A stretch of 64,000 bases of DNA from Octopus vulgaris (lineage: Eukaryota). The stretch lies in the NCBI GenBank assembly GCA_951406725.2, contig OX597817.1:24366001-24430000 (forward strand), given 5' to 3'. Within the stretch, counting starts at the first letter, position 1. Each line of letters opens with the position of its first letter. This document shows positions 52,051-63,754 of the stretch, piece after piece. The position numbers and the translations under genes are program-made. The notes below the pieces were generated by a model. It did no database searches. It saw nothing but the letters and a program-made list of their open reading frames with translations, and was not told the origin of the DNA.

Positions 52051-52174
52051 TTTCAACTGGTAGCACTTACATGTGCAAGTTGCTTGCAAAACATCAAGGA
52101 GACATTTTCACATTTTATTGTATACATTTTTTTAACTCTTTGATCGCTTTTGAAGAGTAACATACAAATACAAA

Positions 52175-52637
52175 TCATGCCAGGAGGTTGCACCAAGCTC
52201 CAATCTGATCTGGCAGTGTTTCTACAGCTGGATGCCCTTCCTAATGCCAACCACTCCGTGAGTGTAGTGGGTGCTTTTTACGTGCCACCGGCACAGGTGC
52301 CAGAGGAGGCTGGCAGCAGCCACAATCGGTTGGTACTTTTTACGTGCCACCAGCACAGAAACCAGTCAAAGCGGCGCTGGCATCGGCCACATTTGGATGG
52401 TGCTTTTTACATACCACCGGCACAGGTAGCACAACTACAATTTCCATTTGATATTTATTTTGATGTTGATGTACTTGACTCAATAGGTCTCCTCAAGCAC
52501 AGCAGGTAACGTGCCACCAGCACAGAAGCCAGTCAAGGCGGCGCTGGCATCGGCCACGTTTGGATGGTGCTTTTTACATACCACCGGCACAGGTAGCACA
52601 ACTACAATTTCCATTTGATATTTATTTTGATGTTGAT
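52175..52637 (-). mobile_element. SINE-like family C with a 129-bp internal duplication
   Basis: 52342-52470 is repeated at 52509-52637. Confidence 0.87.
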
Positions 52638-53639
52638 AAGAGTTCAATAGCAACTATGAAGGGACATTGAACCTATTTTCTTTTCAATTGTAGAAGCATC
52701 TTTGCTGTTTTGGTTTATCTTGTCAGCCACATTGATAAATCGGGTGTCTTGCTTTCATGTATTAGTCACTCATTAAAATATAGTTTCCTTCTTTTTAGTA
52801 GTCTTCATATTTGCAAAAGTACATCTTACTGAAAACTCACTTCAAAGCATATCTATGCTAGACAAGATAAGTACACTATATATGTGATAATTCTTGCCAA
52901 AGGATATATTTTTGTGCTATGAAGTTTGCTCTATTTTGTTTAAAACTAAAGACATTAAAGTCCTTAATTCATAACGAATTCTTGTGTGTATGTATGTGTG
53001 AGTGTTAATGTTTGCGTAGTTCGAAATTTTTCATTTGTCTCCTCTTTCTTCTTCTTCTTAGGAGCAAACCACTCATAAAGTATTTTTACGATTGATCCAA
53101 AATCTGTTCAGTGATTTCGTTTCCATATATAGTTAATTAACACTTACTCCCTCAAGTAAATCAGTTGTATCACGTTCCTCATCAACCATACTTGCTTCCA
53201 CTTCTTTAATTATTTGTTAAGTCACTGGTGTATGGTATAAAACATTTACCAACACACACATTTTTTAATTATCTTTCTTGTATATGTATATCATAAATTT
53301 ATATTTTTATATTTTCTACAACAAAATCAATTAGACAAAATATCTCATTCAGTTTCTTCAGTAGGCCAGCCATTTTATTGCTATTCATAAAAATTCGCAT
53401 TGTTTTACTCTAAATGTTATACCACGATATACAGACAATTTGACTTCTTCAGCACCTTGGCACTAAAAGACAGAACTGCACCCATGAGACTCTTAACAAT
53501 TAGTTTTCTCAGCTCATTAACTTTAATCAGATAATACAAAAGAAAGCTGACACTTCATCTTTCATATAAACTTGTTGTTCTCTGCTAGCTTCAACAGTCA
53601 CCCATTTATCACTATTCTCTTAGGAATGATGTCACTTAC

Positions 53640-53758
53640 AGGATTATTTGTACTTTAAGCACGTCCTCATAAATTATGTTGCAACTTCCACCCATCGACA
53701 CATTGATGCTTATGCAGATACATAATTGTTCCAACATGGATGGTACACAGTCAGGAAG
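53640..53758 (-). other. Candidate exon (119 nt) with strong splice sites
   Basis: ttttgctctccttcttcttacag|CTT...CCT|gtaagt. One open frame: LPDCVPSMLEQLCICISINVSMGGSCNIIYEDVLKVQII. Confidence 0.5.
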
Positions 53759-54464
53759 CTGTAAGAAGAAGGAGAGCAAAAGGTGTCAAAAAAGAGACCA
53801 TATTTTGATTAAAACTTGACTTATATCATTTGAATCTTTCTAAATTGACTGCAGAACCAATTTTCAGTGCTAAATTAATTTCTAGACATTTTATCAGGGT
53901 TAATTGTAACCATCAACCATTATTGATTCTTTCATCTGCTGCAAACTTTCAAAAGTCTTAAAGGCTCTTTGCCATAATGAGTAGCATCACTAAAGATGAA
54001 ATTGTGATACTAAACAAGAAATATTTCAGTCAGATGGAACTTAGAATTTATCTTCTACTCTTTGAAAAGCAAAAAAAAAAAAAAAGAAAATTACGGTGTG
54101 TTTCAGAGCTAAAAGTTGACTTCAAACATTACCACATTCATTGTGATACACTACTTACACTACTTAAATAAGTTGTGAGTGATATAGAGTCAAATAACTT
54201 AGGGTGAGAGAATACTAATGATTTATTGTCTTCACCATACAGGTAAATTATATAGCTTTATGAACCAATAACAGGATCTCAGTGAAGTGGCTTAACAACC
54301 TACTAAAATAGCCAAATTCTTTCAAGTTGCTTTCTTCTAGATTAAAATAGCAGGACAAACTGAAGAAAGTAGTCTTAGTCAGAGAAACGTTTAAATGGTT
54401 ACAGCTAGAATACATTTGGACAGAGGTCCTCTCAACCTGTGCTTGAACTAAACAACAATATATA

Positions 54465-54700
54465 TTTTATTTCTTTATTGCCCACAAGGAGCTAAAGATA
54501 GAGAGGACAAGCAAGAACAAACAAATGGATTAAGTCGATTATATCGACCCCAGTACGTAACTGGTACTTAATTTATAGACCCTGGAAGGATGAAAGGCAA
54601 AGTCGACCTTGGTGGAATTTGAACTCAGAACATAATGGCAGACGAAACACCGCTAAGCATTTTGCCCGATGTGGTAATGTTTCTGCCAGCTCACTGCCTT
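54465..54700 (-). mobile_element. SINE family B
   Basis: Full body, similar to 24108-24339. Confidence 0.9.
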
Positions 54701-54729
54701 ATTATATATTAAACAATATATATTTATTT

Positions 54730-55167
54730 TCATGGCTGTGTGGTAAAGGTTTTTTCCCAATCACAAGTTTCTGGTTCGGTCCCAATGTCTGGCAACCTTG
54801 GGCAAGTGTCATTTACTGGAGTTCCTGAGCAAACCACAGCCTTGTGAGTGGATTTGGTGGGCATAAACTGAAGGAAGCACTTGGTGTGCATGTATGTGTG
54901 TATGTGTGTGTATGCATATGTGTGCACATGTGCATGTATGTTACTGTCTCCTTACGTTGACTTTGCATGATAGTTGTAAGTGTCCCTGTCATGCAAGCAG
55001 TGTACCTCGTTTCCATATCTTGTAATGAGGAAATATTACTTTAGTTGGAAACAGGTGAGGGTTAGCAACAGGAAGGGCATCCGGCTGTAAAAAAAATCCA
55101 CTTCAATAAATTCAATATGACCTACACAAGCATGGGAAAGTGAAGATTAAAATCATGAGGATGATGT
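54730..55167 (+). mobile_element. Older SINE with a family A-like head and a family C-like 3' end
   Basis: tggctgtgtggt...ccttgggcaagtgtc...gccttgtgagtggatttgg, then caggaagggcatccggctgt...gcatgggaaagtgaagattaaaatcatgaggatgatg. Confidence 0.7.
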
Positions 55168-55487
55168 CTACCTTTGTAAAATTAACCAAACGATTACTGA
55201 CAACTTAGAAGAGAAGGAGTGACATGGTGTTTTGAGTGAAATTGGAAAAAGAGCACAATATAAGTGATGAGAGGAGAAAGTGAGTCAGGTGTGCCTTAAT
55301 GGGTGGGGGACTGTATGAGATCTGTCATCTTCAACCAAAAGAATTCACTGTATTAATGGCAGAAGAGGTTGTGAGATTTCAATTTATTTGGTCACTTGAA
55401 CATTCAACTAATTTTAAGTGTCTTTCTGGGGCGCAGTTACAACTAGCAGCATGACACACTCTTGCAATCTTTGTAACCATATAGCAT

Positions 55488-55892
55488 TCTTTATTCTTTT
55501 ATTCTTTTACTTGTTTCAGTTATTTGACTGTGGCCATGCTGGAGCACCGCCTTTAGTCGAGCAAATCGACCTCGGGACTTATTCTTTGTAAGCCTAGTAC
55601 TTATTTTATCAGTCTCTTTAAGTTATGGGGACGCAAACACACTAGCATCGGTTGTCAAGCAATGTTGGGGGGACAAACACAGACACACAAACACATGCAC
55701 ACACACACACACACATATATATATATACACACATATATATGACAGGCTTCTTTCAGTTTCTGTCTACCAAATCCACTCACAAGGCTTTGGTCGGCCCAAA
55801 GACACTTCCCCAAGGTGCCATGCAGTGGGACTGAACCCAGAACCATGTGGTTGGTAAGCAAGCTACTTACTACACGGCCACTCCTACGCCTA
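55488..55892 (-). mobile_element. SINE family A
   Basis: Family body with small deletions. Confidence 0.92.
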
Positions 55893-56234
55893 TAAAATGT
55901 ATATACAGCACTTATAATATAGTCTAAAATTTGACAATATCTTGCTTTTATCAAAAATTGGCAATACATTAAGTGGTTAACCAATCTTAATTTCTTTTAA
56001 AATTCCTGAGATGGCCAACATATTTACTGTGCAGAAAATAAGCATTAACATGAAACTGAACTGAGATTCATATAAACAATATTCTCCTATTATCTCAGTG
56101 TATGCCAACAATTAAATAATCTCTTAATTATGTGCTGCCAACAAAGAAAAATAAAAGAAACAAACATACAGACATGCAAGTGTACGCATGCACACACACA
56201 CATATGCATGCATGCACGTATACACACACATATA

Positions 56235-57075
56235 CAGGGTGTGATGAATATATTGTCTAATGCAAAAATGAAAATAACACTGACGTCTCGTTTTAACAGA
56301 TATATTTACCAAAATTACATTAAAATATCTTGCAATACCAAAGAGTAAATTTATTCAATAAAATCGCCATTGGCTTCAACCATGGCCTCCAGACGACTTC
56401 AGAATCTCCTGCAACTCTTCTGGATGGTGTCCTTGTTTAAATTGGTGAATGCTTCCATAATCTTTGCCTTCAGTTCATCTTTGGTGTTACAAGAGGTTTT
56501 GTTGGTCTCTCGCTCAAATGCACTCCATACATAGTTATCAAGGGTGTTGTAGTCTGGGTACTCCTGCTTGTGTAGTATGGTGCAGAATCCTGTTGCAAGA
56601 CATAGGATCTTCCAGCATGTCTGTTGCCTGACATAGGGTCTTTCCTTTGACCCAGGGCAGCACTCCCTCCTCCAGGCACTTGATGTAGGCCTCCATGTTG
56701 AGTGTGAGGCTGTGTGGGAAGAGGAATGGAAGCATAACGTCACTATCACTAGTGATCACTCCAAACACCATTATGGCGATTAAATGTTTGATTTTTATCA
56801 CTCTCGGTACATGATTTGGGGACATGACAAGCCAAAGGTTGTTCTGTGTGTTCACCATCTGTTGTTTGCATTAGAGATTCTGGTACGAATGCCAAGCTGT
56901 ACAGCATGTCATTTCCAAATTTCTGGCAGAGTTAATTACTTCATAGTGATGTTTTTCTCAAAGACAGTGCCCGACTGACCCTACTATACTGTGTAGTTGA
57001 CAAAATCAAAAGCAAACAATGCGCATGTGCAAAATTAAAAATATAAAATGGCAACAATTTACCCATCATACCTTC
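56235..57075 (-). mobile_element. Deleted Tc1/mariner element (maT/DD37D-like)
   Basis: TA-flanked imperfect TIRs CAGGGTGTGATGAATATATTGT / ACAATTTACCCATCATACCTTC. Transposase pieces IMVFGVITSD, YVLQQDSAP and PDYNTLDNYVWS...SRLEAMVEANGDFIE. Confidence 0.85.
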
Positions 57076-57124
57076 TATATATATATATATCTGTATGTGG
57101 TTCCTTGATCTCTAATTCATGGTA

Positions 57125-57343
57125 CAAAGGTGAGTCAAAAAGTAATGCCATTTTGTTTAGGACAGGTGTAATTTTCCAACACAGGAACATGTATCATACA
57201 TCAAAACGAAGCTGTTTCTCTGTGGATTACATCCTTACTTCTCAACATAATCACTGTTTCTCTCAATAGCAATGTTCCACCTTCGAATGAGAGGGCATAT
57301 CCCTGCCCCATAAAATTCTGTTGATTGTTCTTTGATCCACAGA
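57125..57343 (-). mobile_element. Mariner 3' end fragment
   Basis: Minus strand WIKEQSTEFYGAGICPLIRRWNIAIERNSDYVEK*, the mariner C-terminal motif, followed by a TIR-like end at TA|CAAAGGTGAGTCAAAAAGT. Confidence 0.8.
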
Positions 57344-58014
57344 GGACCAGAGGACTGTTCTTATCTATATGTGATAGTGATGGGAGTCATGTCAATTTTT
57401 AAACCATAAGTTTTAAACCATAATTTTTAAACCCTGAATTTATATCTCTGTATGAAATGATTGTATGCATGAATAAACTTCTTACAACTTTTTGACACCA
57501 TATCTCTATTTTTGACAAATATGATTGGATTTGTAGAATTTCATTTCATAAATTAATCATACACTTAATATTCAAATACTACTTTTCATATCTTCATCAA
57601 TTTACACCAGTAAACTCTCAGCAAAGTATGAAGAATCAACATTAGAAATCTTTTTGGAAACCACTCCAGTTAATGGCCGTATTCACATTCAACATTTTAC
57701 ACACACATATATGTGCATATGGATGTGTACACATATACGTGTGTGTATTTGTATAAGTATATATACGATCCCTGGTTTACTGTCCATGCAAGAAGTGCAA
57801 AAGATTGTTTTAACTGGTATGTCACTTTTTGCCTTTTTCCCTATTTCTTTCGTTTCTCTTTTTTCTTTTTTTTTTTTACTTTTTCTTCCCCATAACTGGC
57901 TTTGTAAATAAACAATCCTATGTGTTCATTTTAATGGCCAGTCAATATATACAGTGAGTTTCTTGCGCTAGGTGTCAGGAAGAGATGCAAACAAAATTGA
58001 AAGAAGAAAAATTC

Positions 58015-58105
58015 ATGATGAGGAGGAGGAGGAGGGGAAGGAGGAGGTGATGATGAGGAGGAGATGATGATGATGAGGAGGAGGAGATGATGATGAGGAC
58101 AATGA
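58015..58105. repeat. (GAG/GAT)n tract
   Basis: Directly visible. Confidence 0.9.
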
Positions 58106-58117
58106 CGACCAATGCAC

Positions 58118-58230
58118 AACTGGTACTGATTTTATCAACTCCGAAAGAATGAAAGGCAAAGTCAACCTCTGTGGAATTTGAACTCAGAGCATAAAGCCAG
58201 AAGAAATACTGCTAAGCATTTTGACTGACA
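58118..58230 (-). mobile_element. SINE family B fragment
   Basis: gaaaggcaaagtcaacctctgtggaatttgaactcagag. Confidence 0.78.
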
Positions 58231-59008
58231 TAAATGGTGATGATGATGATGATGTAATGATAATGACCCTTTTAGAATCATTCACAGGTGATGACGTGTT
58301 ACATGGTATAACCCTGTATCATATACAACAAGCAGTGACAACATGAGTTACTAAAATATTTTTAACTTGGTCATTTTTCTCTTAGTTCTAAAAATGTTTT
58401 GTATTTTCTCATGCGATATAAGACAAACCTTAAGCAATGCAGATAGAACTATATTTTATAAAGCATAATTCTAATCCATTATGTTATGACATAATTCCAT
58501 ACACCTTGTCGGTAACTCATGACAACATATTTGCTATATACTAAGGCAATCTGTAGAAAATTTTTATTGAAACTAAAAATGAGGTGAAATTATATTTAGT
58601 TTTGACATGTAATTCGTTGGGGAAAATGTATTCCCAGCATGTTTATACATTCCGTGTCTCCTTAAAACATAACAAAATACCTTTGTCAGTGTATATTCAG
58701 TAACTGAACTAAAAAAAAAAAAGATCCATTCATTTTGATAGCAAACAGAAACTAATTTGCAAATATAAAGCATAAAAGAACACATATGTCATACATGATA
58801 TCATGATACATATATATATATATATATATACATATACAAGAATTTGCAATACTTTTTCATAAATATCTCTTTAAATGAAGATTCTGAATGGATTACAAAA
58901 TGTATGCAAACAAGATACTGGGCTCAAAATCTTTTCCAAATTCATTTTCTAAATTTATGATTAAAACTTGGTTTTGTTCCTTATCTATGCTTATCATTTT
59001 TTGCTTTT

Positions 59009-59043
<35 letters not shown>

Positions 59044-59321
59044 AAATTATCTCAGAAACATTAACTGTTTCTATGATATATTAGTCACTAATATATTCAA
59101 CAGCTCAATTTCTTCTACAATAATTGTAAAATGCATAGGAATACTGATGTTTAAGAAAAATTCATAGATAAAAATCATGACTGTGTGGTATGAAATTTGC
59201 TTCCACACAACATGCTTCAGAGTTCAGTTCTACTGCATGGCAGCTAGGGGCAAGTATCTTCTACTATAGCTCAAGTCAGCTCAAAGCCTTCCCTATAACT
59301 TTGATAAACAGAAACTTAAAC

Positions 59322-59545
59322 AAGGCAGCGAGCTGGCAGAAATGTTAGCATGCTGGGCGAAATGCTTAGCAGTGTTTCATCTGCTGCTACATTCTGAGTT
59401 CAAATTCTGCTGAGGTCAACTTTACTTTTCATCATTTTGGGATCGATTAAATAAGTACCAGTTATGCACTGGTGTCGATATAATCGACTTAATCCGTTTG
59501 TCTCCTCTGTGTGTAAGCTCCTTGTGGGTTGTAAAGAAATAAGAA
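59322..59545 (+). mobile_element. SINE family B
   Basis: aaggcagcgagctggcagaaatgttagc...taaagaaataag. Confidence 0.9.
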
Positions 59546-59581
59546 ACTTAAAGAAGCTTGATATATACATATGTATATATA

Positions 59582-60275
59582 CAAGGTGGTATAAAAAAGT
59601 TCCCAGACTAGTTCTATAGCATGCCAACAGATGGCAGCACATAATTGCTTGCACAGTGAGAGCTAGCAGTGACCTTCATGAGGCAGTGTGCTGAGAGATA
59701 TCATTGTGTTTACTTTGCAAGTTGTGAAATTTGTGTTTTTGTGATCACATGTATGCTGTAATCTACGATTTTGTCATGGACTGGAAGTTGGAACAAAGAG
59801 CCGACATGAAATTTTGCATTCAACTTGAGAAGTCTGCTACAGAAACATTGAGCATGCTTTGGCAAGCTTACGGCAATGTGGCAATGGGTTGTACACAAGG
59901 TTTCAAGTGACACAGGCACTTCAAATATGGAAGAACCTCCCTCAAAGCTGATGAGGGATCTGGAAGACCTGCCATGAGCGCCATCTCCAGAAATGTGGTA
60001 TTATGCATCGAGAATTTGCAGCCCCCTGGGCCAGACCATTAATCAAAAGTTCTACTGTGGCATTTTGAAATGTCTGAAGGAGGACATTTGGCTTAAGAAC
60101 CTGGGTATGTGGAGCATGAAGAACTGGATTCTTCACCAAGCTTGCCTCACCTATGAGTTTCTTGCCAAAAAACATGGTATCACTTCTACACCTACCCTAT
60201 TCACCAGATTTAGCACCTATGGATTTCCATCTCTTCCCCCAGAGGAAAACACAGCTCAAAGGTTGCCATTTCATC
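59582..60275 (+). mobile_element. Decayed mariner transposon with deletions
   Basis: Left TIR-like end after TA. From 59776 reads MDWKLEQRADMKFC..KSATETL..GSGRP, later GQTINQKFYCGIL..WILH and PYSPDLAP.DFHLFP (mariner YSPDLAP motif). Confidence 0.9.
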
Positions 60276-60509
60276 AGCACCTGATAAAACCCATTAATTA
60301 TTTATGAACATATTGCTTAAATACCCATTAGATTTAGCAGTATAATGTTCTGTCAAGTATATTATGGGTTTACAAGTCAATACTGTATATTACTTTGTGT
60401 TAGCAGTGCACTATTTTTCACTTTTTAAGTGAAATATGCATATACATGCAATACCTATTCTTTTCTGTCTGCAATCCCATTGTTTACATAGACTTATGTT
60501 TACAAAACC

Positions 60510-61033
60510 TTCATCATCATCATTGTTTGACCGTGGTCGAGACAATGGAATTTACCATGCTACGCCAGATTTCACGGTCCATCATGGCATTACGAAGGTC
60601 CTGTTGCTGGATGCCTGTATCCCTGGAGATTACATCAGGGTAGGAGAGTGTGCGCCCTCTGGTATTGCGAGTAGATGGCTTCCAGAGGAGAAGAGTAGAA
60701 ATTGCCTCGTTTTCAGCTCTACAACAATGTCCAGCAAACTGGATCTCCTACCTTTCACAAGAGATGACACAGGTGGTAGTTTCCCATATATTTGCAATTT
60801 GGTTGGATGACGCTTCCACGGGAGATTTTGAGCTCTCATAAGGAGGCAAGTGTAGGTTCTATTCAACCACCTCTCAAGCTTCTTTGATAACGTCCAGGTT
60901 TCTGAGTCATATAGTAGAATTGGTTCGACTGTGGCTTTGAAGATTTCAAGTTTGAAGTCTCTACTTAGATTTGATGACCAGATGTTATGCATGTCATTAC
61001 AGGCTGACCAGGCCATACCCTTTCTAGTTAGAA
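60510..61033 (-). mobile_element. RTE LINE 3' fragment (~520 bp)
   Basis: MAWSACNDMHNIW...VEPILLYDSETWTL...QFAGHC...; (TGA)n tail. Same family as 22740 and 49587. Confidence 0.92.
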
Positions 61034-61509
61034 AACCTTACAAGTTGCTGTGTTGACCTCTGAATTCTATAGAACATCTATAATGATAGACTTAAAAGTA
61101 AGAATATCACACTGTTAATATATAGTAAGATACTTACTAATTCTAAAAATAATGTTAATTTGCAGGGAAATAAAAATAATATTACTGCATTCTAACAGTA
61201 CAGGTTTTAATAATAGTGTAACATTCCCTAATCTCTCCCCAAGGTTAATATAGAAAAAAAACTTAATTCTAAATCTATGTAAATTTTGCAAATTATGAGT
61301 CACTCAATAATACTGATACTAATGAAACCAATTTTAATGGTGTGAGATATGAATATCCACCATAATCTAATGAATCTAATGGTAATAATAATACCAGTGA
61401 TTAAAATTGTAATACTATGGAAACGACTCTTAAATATGAACTGATTAATAGCAATATGACAGTCTTCACAACCTATGAATGTGATGATGTGAATAGTTAT
61501 TTAATCATA

Positions 61510-61995
61510 ACCGGGGTATCTTTGTCTTATTCTTATTGTCCCAACAATAATTTATGCACCTGTAATTGTAGACTAGCTATGGAATGTTCCCTTAATGGTT
61601 ATTGCCGATGAGAAATATAGTCTATAAATTTGAATTCCGTATGCACACAAACAGAAGATAATACACGTGTTCAACATCCTATATTTTGAATAAGTTTCAC
61701 AGCACATTCATTCATTTAATAATGACTTTCACTTAATAATAATAAACTGATGCATGCAATCACCATCATTATCAATGCACATTTAGAGTTTGAAGTCAAG
61801 AGGGATTAATTGTAAACTCAAATGGAGTATCACCAGTACTGCTCCAGCCTATAAAAGAAGAGACACAAGTGGAAGGCTTGCATATATGAATCTCTACAAA
61901 TATTATAAGCAGATTATTGGAGCATTCCGCATGTTGATGTTTGAGGGAGATTCAAAGCATAAAGTACTAAATAAGAAAAAAATGAAATCTTAATA
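61510..61995 (+). mobile_element. Decayed Penelope-like linker and GIY-YIG endonuclease region
   Basis: VSLSYSYCPN, CNCRLAMECSLNGYC, LKSRGINCKLKWSITSTAPAY and a terminal LNKK resemble PLE motifs SYSC.PN, CNC..CPL.G.C, KW.I...A..Y and LN.R.E. Confidence 0.7.
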
Positions 61996-62832
61996 ATAAA
62001 TCCCAGTCATAAAATTTCAAAGCTTGCAACTTCTACCACCTGATGTCTATATAAAATTATTAGCAAATCATAATTAGCATCTAGTCAAATAATATCATAA
62101 AGCTTTGAAAGATATATCAATAACAAGAGTGTGAACACCTGTCATAATTAATTTTTCATAACAATAAAGGATCTGTCAGTTAAATTTGATATAATCCTTT
62201 GAGTAAACCAGATCTGCTTTGTATAGCCTATTTATAATCTTAAAATTAATCAAACAACTTGGAAATAGATTACATGTCAGTTTTTATATAGGTTTATTCA
62301 TTGATATAAATGCACAGACGTACATAAGCATCACTGCATCTATATTAATATATTACTGTACTCACCATTCCTATATGTACTCTGTGTGTGTATAAATCCC
62401 AATGTATGTATGCATGTGTGAGGAAAAGGTATGTATATACGTTTATGTATATATGTGTGCGTGGGTGTGCAAGTGTGGAGGATGTATGGGCATGTAAGAG
62501 TGTATTTTTATATATACAAATCATTTTATATATGTTTATATTTACACATGTGAGAGCATGTCTACCTTTGCATACACGTTTTATATACAAAATATGCATA
62601 TACATAGGCACACATACACATGCATGTGTGTATGTGTATATATATATATAAAGTAAAAACTATAAAGTAAAGGAGTCAAAAGAAAGAATAAGTATGGTTA
62701 GGCAGCTTTTAAATCACTACAGATGTTTCAATACATACACATCCTCAGATATAAAGGGTTTAAAGTTAAGTTTAAATTAAACTGAGGAGATACATATGGA
62801 TCCAGGCAAATCGTAACAGAACATGCCTCAAC

Positions 62833-63000
62833 TTTCCTCTTCTCCCTCCTCTCTCCTTCTCCCCTCTTTCCCTCTCCCCCTCCCCTCTCCTTCTCCCCCT
62901 CTTTCCCTCTCCCCCTCTCCTCTCATCTCTCCTCCCCTCTCCCCCTCATATCCCCCTCTCCTCCCTCCTCCTCCACTCTCTCACTCACCTCCTCACTCTA
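62833..63000. repeat. Polypyrimidine (C/T) tract
   Basis: ~165 bp almost entirely C/T with many C3-C5 runs. Confidence 0.9.
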
Positions 63001-63355
63001 CACTACACCATACGACATTACGCATCACATCATACATACATACACTCTCTCATACACACACGCACCCTTATGTTGGGGCGAAGTCATTTGACCCTGTTAT
63101 CTCCCTTATTTTCGCTCTTGCGTCTCACGTTTGATCTCTGACTTCTGGCCAGAATCACCATGTGGAATCGCTAGCTCCTACATGCATTTTTTTTCTCTCC
63201 TTGTTTCTTTTCTGTGTATCTTTCTGTTGAAGAGCGTAGGCTCGAAATGTAAAAGACTTGTTTTATTTATATTCCTGAGCGCCATACTAATACAATTGTT
63301 TGTTTGTACTCCACCTGCCTTCGTCTTTTGTTTATTTTCATAAAGCTTTCCGTTT
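63000..63355 (+). mobile_element. PLE-derived terminal repeat fragment with a variant hammerhead motif
   Basis: ctttCTGTTGAagagcgtaggctcGAAAtgtaaaag at 63220-63255; flanks similar to 31890-32065. Confidence 0.55.
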
Positions 63356-63597
63356 GTTTTTTGTTTTTGTTTTTTGTTGTTTTTTTTTTTTTTTGTTTTT
63401 TGTATTTTATTTTTTGTTTTTTGTACATCTTTAAATATGAGAACTTTAATAATAGGTTTCTTTATATTTAATTGTTTATAGGGTTTATTTTAGATTATAT
63501 ATTGATTATATATAGATTATATATATTTATATTTTTCATTGATAATTTTATTATTTTAAACTTATATTTTAATATATTGATATTTTAGATCGAAAAT

Positions 63598-63640
63598 CCA
63601 CCTGACGAATGTCATTGAAGACATGAAACGATTGTAGTGG
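63598..63640 (+). ncRNA. Minimal type I hammerhead ribozyme (PLE-type)
   Basis: CCAC-CUGACGA-AUGUC(AUUGAA)GACAU-GAAA-C(GAUU)G-UA-GUGG. Core is complete, stem I is CCAC/GUGG, stem II has 5 bp, stem III is minimal. Predicted cleavage 3' of A63636. Confidence 0.8.
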
Positions 63641-63754
63641 CGGTTTATTTCTTTATTTCTTTATATTAAAAATGTTTATGTATTGATTAAGTCTTTCCTT
63701 GTTTGTTTTGCAAAATAGTGGTTTTGTCTCGAATTATATTATATATATATATAC

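Noticed and set aside
57397-57437. Three 14-bp tandem copies of ttttaaaccataa
   Set aside because: Ordinary slippage duplication with no sign of function.
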